A program made the translations under genes and the position numbers. A DNA stretch of 64,000 nucleotides, from positions 620,001-684,000 of the forward strand of contig JAIVFI010000013.1 in NCBI GenBank assembly GCA_025558095.1, written 5' to 3'. The notes below the pieces were generated by a model. That model saw only the letters and a program-made list of their open reading frames with translations, was not told where the DNA came from and did not search any database. The stretch is from Hyaloraphidium curvatum SAG 235-1. Its lineage: Eukaryota > Fungi > Monoblepharomycota. Positions 57,347 through 64,000 of this stretch are shown here, one piece after another. Positions within the stretch are counted from its first letter, which is position 1, and every line of letters begins with the position of its first letter.

Positions 57347-58700
57347 ATGTCGGTCAACACGCAAGTCCTCTTTGTCCAGCGCCCCGCCAAGGGCAAGCTG
57401 GACTACCAGAAGGTCTTTGAGGTTTCGAAGAAGCGGACAAAGCCGACCGCTGCCGACCTTAAGCCCAACGAAGTGCTCGTCAGGAACGTCGTGCTCGGCT
57501 TTGATGCCGCGATGTGCGTAGCGCCGTGTTTGCAGGCGTCCTGGGAGCGCTGACATGGTCTGTACACATGGCGCCGCTCGCGCTCACCAACGCGCTCGCG
57601 AATCGAACACAGGCGGGCTTGGATGGGGGAATTGAAAACCTACCGCGAGCCGTTGCAGCTCGGGCAGCTCATGGACGGAAACTCTGTCTCCGTGGTCATT
57701 GCTTCGCGTTCGCCCAAGTTCGCTGTCGGGGACAGGATCATCGTCTTTTCCGGGTGGCAGGAGTACTCCGTCTTCAACGCCGAGTCGGAGCAGGGGCGGG
57801 GCGCGGAGAAACTACCGGCGGGCATTGCATTCGAAGATGCTCAGTACATTTCTGGGGGAACCGCGATGACTGGTGGGTTTCGTCGTCGGTTCCGGTCGAT
57901 TCGGGACCTTGACGTTCGGTCGAAGCGTACTTCGGCCTCCTCGCGGTCGGCGAAATGAAAAAGGGCGACACCGTTATCGTCTCCGGTGCTGCGGGCGCCA
58001 CCGGGTCCATGGTCGGGCAGCTGGCCAAAGCCCTGGGCGCAGGCAAGGTGATTGGAATCGCGGGCGGGAAGGAGAAATGCGAGTACCTCAAGCGCGAGCT
58101 GGGCTATGACGAGGCAATCGACTACAAGGTCGACCGCAAGGTCTTTTCCAGGGCCCTGTCGGACGCGCTCAGGGGCACCAAGGGCTGCGATCTGTATTTC
58201 GACAATACCGGTGGCATGATCACCGAGGTGGTCTTCAACCGCTTCGCCATGCGGGCCCGGATGGTGGTGTGCGGCACCATTTCCAGCTACGAGGGCACGG
58301 CGCCGCCCCAGGTCAACGTTGCTCTGGGCAACCTGGTCGCGACCCGCGCCCAGGTCAGGGGCCTCCTTGTCATGGATTTCAAGGACCGCTACGACGAAGG
58401 CAAGAAGCACCTGGCCGAGTAGGTGCCAGTTATGTTGGGCAGCTGGTTGCGGGGCTCACCTTCATGATAGGCTCGTCAAGCAGGGCAAGCTCAAGTCAAT
58501 CCACACGACTCTCAACGGGTACGTCGTCTCGGATCGCGTCTCTTGGCTGCTTCGGCCATGCTGATGGATCGCACAGGATCGAGAACGCCCCGCTTGCTCT
58601 CGCGATGCTCTTTGACGGCAAGAACAATGGCAAGATGCAATGCCGGCTGTGCTCCGATGAGGAGGTTGCCAAGGAGCTGGCTGCGGCGCCCAAGCTTTAG
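57347..58700 (+). CDS. NADP-dependent MDR oxidoreductase (PTGR1/alkenal reductase-like), 5 exons, C-terminal -PKL
   Basis: DAAMRAWM, GWQEYS, VSGAAGATGSMVGQLAK, GIAGGKEKC, YFDNTGG, CGTISSY, LFDGKNNGK. Confidence 0.92.
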
Positions 58701-59052
58701 CCATGATTCATGTTTTCATTTTGCTTCAACTTGGATGATGTATGCCACGGTTCAACGATCCAAGGACGAGGGCCGGGAACGGGCCCCGCGTCCCGTTTCT
58801 CCTGCCATCCTTTCGGCCGGCCCTCGGATCCATGCGCAACTACCACGCCTACAAGTCCCGAGCGCAGAGCATACGTCGGCTCCATGCATCTTTACATGAA
58901 TTCGAGAGTCATCAAACAGAGTCCGGGGACGTCCGCCTGGCTCCCGCCCCCCAGTCCCCAGGGCCTAAGCGATACCGGACAGGAAAGCGGGACCCGCACT
59001 GCAGCTCCCCGGCAACCAACAGCTCCGTTGCCCCGGCCTCCGTGCCGGACAA

Positions 59053-60879
59053 TCACCCCTGCGCCTCCTCCGCCGCCACGAGGCTGTTCCGCACCGCCTC
59101 CCCGTCCACGCCCTCCCCGAACCCGGCGTCGCCGTTGACCGCCGCCGCGGGACCGTTCCACGACGGCACCTGCGCCGGCTGCGCGTCGCCGTTGACCTGC
59201 GGCGCGGGCGGGGCGTCGGCGGAGGATTGCTGCCACGCCGGGATCGCCGCCGCCGTCCCCGTGCTTCCGGCCGATTGGGAGGAAAAGAGCCCGGAGAAGG
59301 TGGGCAGGTTGGCGGTGGTGGGGAAGTTCTTGCGGGAGAGGAGCTGGCCCTTGAGCGCGCGGAGGTCGGACTTGATGTCGGTGATTGTCGCGTGGAGCGC
59401 GCGGGCGGCCTCGCTCTGTGCAAAACGTCGGATGCGACAATGTCAGCACAAATGTGCGGGCGATCGGAGAGACGTGCGCACCTTGTTCTTCTCCTCGGAG
59501 CTCCCCGACCCGCTCCAATAACCTCCCCCGCCGCCCAACCCGTAGGCGGAAGCGGCCGAGAAGTACGCCTCCGACTCGCACGCCCGCTTGCTGGCATCCA
59601 ACCACCTCCTCACCGTCTTGAAATCGCTCGGCACCGTATCCTCGGCCGGCTCCGGGGGCCCGTACGAGTACCGCGGGATGGGCGGGTCGGGGATCCACCT
59701 GTCCTTGATCATCCTCGCGTGGGACGAGATACGTTCCTGCGCCGCCGAGAGGGCGTCGACGGAAGCGGTGAAGCGTTCCAGTGCGGCGGGGATGGTCTCC
59801 TTGCCCTCGGTGGCGGGCGCGCCGGCGGCGGGGGTCTTGTACAGGCCGAGGAAGCCGGCGAGCTGGGTGAGGTAGTCGATCACCAGGGTGCGCTTGTGGG
59901 AGAGGTGCGCGGCGTAGAGGTTCCAGAAGGCCGTGTAGGTGTTGATGACCAGCGACTGTTTCGACGGGCCAGCGGGTCAGAAGGCCGATTGGGCGGGCGC
60001 GGGGCAGCTCGTGGCGGGTACCTTGACGGCGTTGGCGATGCCCAGCGCCCCTCCGCCGAGAACGATCGCCATCAGGATGTAGTCCTGCACCTTCCGCCTC
60101 GCCAGCGCCTCCTCGCGTTTCTTCTTGGCCTCGAGGAACGCCTGCATCGCCCTCTCCTGTGCCTCGCGGGCGGCCTGCTCGGCGGCAGCACGGGCGGCCT
60201 GCGACTGCGCTGACTGCTGCGCCTGCAGCTTGGCGGCGAGGGCCTCGGAGGAGGGCGTGGCGCCGGTGTAGGTGCCCGGCTGCGGTGCCGCGGGGGCGGG
60301 GGTGCCCGAGGGGGAGGCAGACGGGGAGGGGGCGCCCCCGGCCACGCGGCGGCGGGCCTCTGCGATCTCTGCGTCGTTCAGGCCCTTGTTCTTGAGGAAG
60401 GCGTCCTGCCTGTCCTTGGGCGACGACTGCACCTTTGCCGACGAGAGGAACGAGACGGCCTGGCCGACGAGGTTCTCGCGCAGCGGGGCGGCGGGGGCCG
60501 GTGCGGGGGCCGGGGCGGCAGACCCCGAGTCGGACGGGACGCCGGGCGTGCCGAGCAGCTCGTCCGCGTCCTTGAGCTGCCACGCGGGGATGCCCGACGC
60601 CGTGCGCGGCGGCACCGTCGTGCCCGTCTCGGCCGAGTAGGCGGGGGGCGTGGTGCCGGGTGCGGGGGGCGATGCCCCATCGGGGGACGCGGCCGGGGGC
60701 GCCGGCTCCCCCGCCGTGCCCTCCCGCGCCGCGCGCTGCTTCTCGAGCAGCTTCCGGCGGATCTCGGCCCGCTGCTCCGGCGTCATCCGCTCGGCCGCGA
60801 ACCCCTCCGACCCCGATGACCCGCCGGCCGGCGGGCTGTCGGAGGAGTCGGGCGGCGCGCTGCCGTCGTCGGAGGACAT
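59053..60879 (-). CDS. PEX14: Peroxisomal membrane docking protein PEX14 (3 exons)
   Basis: RENLVGQAVSFLSSAKVQSSPKDRQDAFLKNKGLNDAEIAEA (Pex14_N); TM segment DYILMAIVLGGGALG; coiled coil IKSDLRALKGQLLSRKNFP. Confidence 0.88.
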
Positions 60880-61433
60880 TGCGATGGCGCGAGGGGAGGA
60901 GGGGGTGTGTTGTCGGAACGCGTCGGTCCGCGCGGGCCGGTCCCCCTCAAGCACGGCCCTGTCACCCGGACTCCACGGAATCCCGCGGCACGGATGCAAC
61001 ACTGCCAGAGATTTTGCGTGCCCAATGTTGCACGCATCAGGAGTGCCTGCAAATGCCGAAGGTTGATTGTTTGATTGATATCCTGCAACTCTTGTCCTGC
61101 ACACCCACCCGAAAGTTTCTGCTATTTGGAAACTGTCCGTTTGATTTGAGGCAGGCAATGATCGCTGGACTTTCGATGTGCTCATTTCCGAAGCAAGCGC
61201 TTAGGAGATGTCCACTTTGGGTGCGAATCAGGCTGGATGACTCGGCGCTTGGAGGCGTTTACGAATGGACCCGGCCAGATCAAGGAAATGGGAAGACCGG
61301 GAGACAATTTTCCTTGCTGTGCAGTTGCTGTGAAAATCCAGGGTGATCCGTCGAGTATTGCCTTCGCGAGCAGGCGGGGGACTCGCGTCACGCTCGCTCT
61401 TTTCGTTTCCGACTCGACCAGCCTCGTCTGCAG

Positions 61434-62624
61434 CCACTCCTCTCCGAAAGCGCCTTCGCCTTGCGCGTTTATGCCTATCTCGCCGCGGTCGCGCTCGACG
61501 GCTTCGTGACCGGGTTCATCGAGGACAGGCGGATCGAGAAGCTCTCGGGAGCCGCGCGCGACACCCGCACGACCCGCGCCACCGCGCTCGCCCAGAAGGA
61601 GGCAATGGAGGGCATCCTGCAGCGCGGAAACTTTCTCTGCGCGTGCCGCCGCCGCGTCGGTGCCCTCCGCTCAAAGTCCAACACGCTGGAAGGCTACGTT
61701 GAATGGGGCACCGAGGCGCTCGGCCTGCCCGTCGGGGACGGCTCCGAGCTGCACTTCATCGGCTTCCCGTACTGCGGCGGCGCATCGGACCCGCTCAATC
61801 CGTGCCGGCGCGAGGCCAGGTTCCGGATCGACGCCCTCAAGGCCACCGTGTTCCCTCCCCACCAGGGCTGGAGCGACCCCTCCGCGGCCATTGCGGCCCT
61901 CCCACTGTCGGCCCTCCCGTTCAGCATCGAGCTCGTGGTTGCCGCCAATGCCGTGGACGGGGACGCCGTCAGCTCGGTCCGCCGCCTCCACAGCCGCGTG
62001 CCGCTCGCTTCCCTGCGCGGCAGCACGGGGCACCTCTGCCGGGCCGCCCTGCAATCCGCCGTCGCGATCGCACGCCGCGAGGCCCAAACCGCGCTGCTCG
62101 CCTCGACCGCGTGCTTCTGCCACCCGGACTGCACCTGCCCGATGCCGGCCGTCCGCGCCGTCGCCGCCGCCGCGATCTGCCCGCCCGACGCCGACGGCCC
62201 CGCGATCGCCGACTTTGCCGGCGTCCTGGTCTGCGCTTCCCCGTCTTCGCGGCGGCGGAATGCCAGCGGACCGCATGGGGCGCGGTCAGGGCGTTCCTCC
62301 CGTGCGCGGGGGAGATGCTCGTCGACGGGCGGGTCTGGTGCCCTTGCGGCGAAGGCTGCTTCCCCTTCGCGCGGCTCTGCTGGAATCCGGCCTGCGGGAA
62401 CGGAACCGCCGCCACGAAGCGGTGCACGAGGTGCGGGACGGCGGAGTACTGCAGGTAGGGCTTATTCTCACGGCTCGTTCCTCGGCCGACGCCTCGACAC
62501 GCCGTGGGCCAGCGCCAGGTGCCAGCGGGAGGATTGGGCGATGCACAAGCCGACTTCCACGGAAGTTGTTCTCTCCCGGGCCGCTACCGGCAGCGCCAAA
62601 GAGCCCATCGAGAGCGGGGGATGA
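61434..62624 (+). pseudogene. MYND zinc-finger gene with a frameshift near 62230 and loss of the last Cys (pseudogene or assembly indel); 5' end uncertain
   Basis: Second frame CWNPACG...KRCTRCGTAEYC|SARCQREDWAMHKPTS across a GTAGGG...CAG intron; the upstream long frame (61461) differs from the MYND frame. Confidence 0.6.
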
Positions 62625-63067
62625 GTGCACATGAGGGAGCTTGAACGACTGGAGACTGTGCGGCGGGGATCACGAGACACAAAGGGGCGAATAAATAGCG
62701 AAGAATAGCTGCCATTCGAAAGGCTCGGCTTCCGATTCGGGGTGCTTTGTTGCTCCGTTTGGGAAGTGGGAGTGCGTGGCGAGTCCCCGCTTGCCAGCGC
62801 CTGGACCCTCGATCGTGTCCGCTTCTCCGCCCTCTCTTGGAGCTCTGCAGGCCGACCATCCGGCCATGAGACCACGGAATCATAAAGGTCGTCTACGTGG
62901 CAGCAGCATCCGACATGACGATTGCGCCGGCTTGCATTGGATGCTCCGGGTATCGGGGTTATTGGGATCGGCGTCGGATGGGAGGCGATCGATCCCAGCC
63001 CGCCGACATTCAGGCGTTCGCCGCCCTGCCGCACCGAAATCCGCGCGCCTTGCAGGAGCACCAGACA

Positions 63068-63424
63068 ATGCCGGCCATGGCCTCCGCTGCGTTCGACGTC
63101 TTCTCCGCCCCCCGCTCCCCCGTGCCGCGCCGCGCGAGCCTGCCCGCCGTCCTCCCGCTCCCCGCCGCGCTCCCCCGCTTCCTCGCCGAGCGTAGCCTGC
63201 CCTCCGCTCCGCCCGGCTTGGACATCCCGCGCCGCGCGGCGCCGCCGCCGAGGCGCGTGCGGTTCATGGAGGTCGTGCTGGTCCGGTGGACGTGGCACCC
63301 GGAGGACTACGACCGCACGCCGGGGGAGGACTCGTTCGAGTCGTTTTTCGGGTGGGCGCCGCATGCGGGTGCCGGACAGAATGCGACGGGGGAGGGCGAG
63401 CCGGAGCTGCTCGGCTCGCGGTGA
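63068..63424 (+). CDS. Small putative PP1-binding protein (Bni4/neurabin-type RVxF-PhiPhi-R motif)
   Basis: RRVRFMEVVLVRWTWHPEDYDR; also RRASL PKA-type site. Confidence 0.6.
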   Translation: MPAMASAAFDVFSAPRSPVPRRASLPAVLPLPAALPRFLAERSLPSAPPGLDIPRRAAPPPRRVRFMEVVLVRWTWHPEDYDRTPGEDSFESFFGWAPHAGAGQNATGEGEPELLGSR

Positions 63425-63773
63425 GCGCCCGAGTGGGGCCTGCCGACCTTGCCGAGCCGTGGGCCACGACCTGCACGGAACTTGAACTGCCACCTGGAGA
63501 GGATTGTCACCGCACCTAATGGGCACTGCTGTAGCATGGAAGATTGTTTTCTCGGGGGAAGCGAATGGAAAGGAGTATATGTGAGGAGTATAGATGCCCA
63601 CGAGGCGAACTGTACCATCTGATCCAACGACCATGAACGCGCATTGCTGCTACAGTTCTAGCAAGTCCCTGTGCAGTTGTCAGTTGTCTAGAAAGACCGA
63701 TTGTGCCCGTCGATCTTGGCGGACTCGAGCCAGCACCGAAAAATGAAGAAATTCTGTCTTCGAGAATAGGCAG

Positions 63774-64000
63774 ATGACGATCGGCTGCCAAGAAAACCGA
63801 ATCGCCTCCAAACCCGCCGCTCTTTCCACCTTCGCGGTGCCCAACACCAGCGGAAGGCCCGTCAGGCCCGTCGACGGGATCTGCGCGACAGGCCTGGACG
63901 AAGTGCGCCGCCTCGTCTGCGGCCGCTGCAAGCTCGCCCAGCCCTGCTCCCGCGAGTGCCAAGTCGCGCGTTGGGACGCGTACAAAGAAAAATGCGACCC
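63774..64000 (+). CDS. Partial ORF with a degenerate MYND zinc finger, running off the window end
   Basis: CGRCKLAQPCSRECQVARWDAYKEKC; several canonical residues altered (second Cys of first CxxC to G, YC to PC, H to Y). Confidence 0.5.
   Translation, partial: MTIGCQENRIASKPAALSTFAVPNTSGRPVRPVDGICATGLDEVRRLVCGRCKLAQPCSRECQVARWDAYKEKCD

Overview
This is GC-rich, gene-dense eukaryotic DNA with many short (~50-130 nt) spliceosomal introns. Gene content (Zn2Cys6 factors, a Chs4/Skt5-like Sel1 protein, a Crh-like GH16, PEX14) indicates a fungus, most plausibly an early-diverging chytrid/monoblepharid-type lineage (inference). About 30 protein-coding genes can be reconstructed by hand-splicing, plus decaying copies of apparently expanded families (7-TM family, F-box/LRR-like, MYND) and a pogo/CENP-B-type transposase relic. 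No rRNA, convincing tRNA or CRISPR was found. Most notable observations: (1) an intronless 7-TM protein with gustatory-receptor-like (7TMIC/GRL) topology and a frameshifted paralogue 12 kb away; (2) a full LEUNIG-type co-repressor architecture (LUFS + Q-rich + LUG-like WD40) in a fungus; (3) a head-to-head pair of PTS1-like-tagged enzymes (bacterial-type citryl-CoA-lyase-like -SKL, MDR reductase -PKL) next to PEX14; (4) three GC-AG introns; (5) bacterial-type intronless LRR-kinase and cupin genes; (6) a ~118-aa PP1-docking (RVxF...TW...YDR) microprotein. All family assignments come from motif recognition only; no database searches were run.
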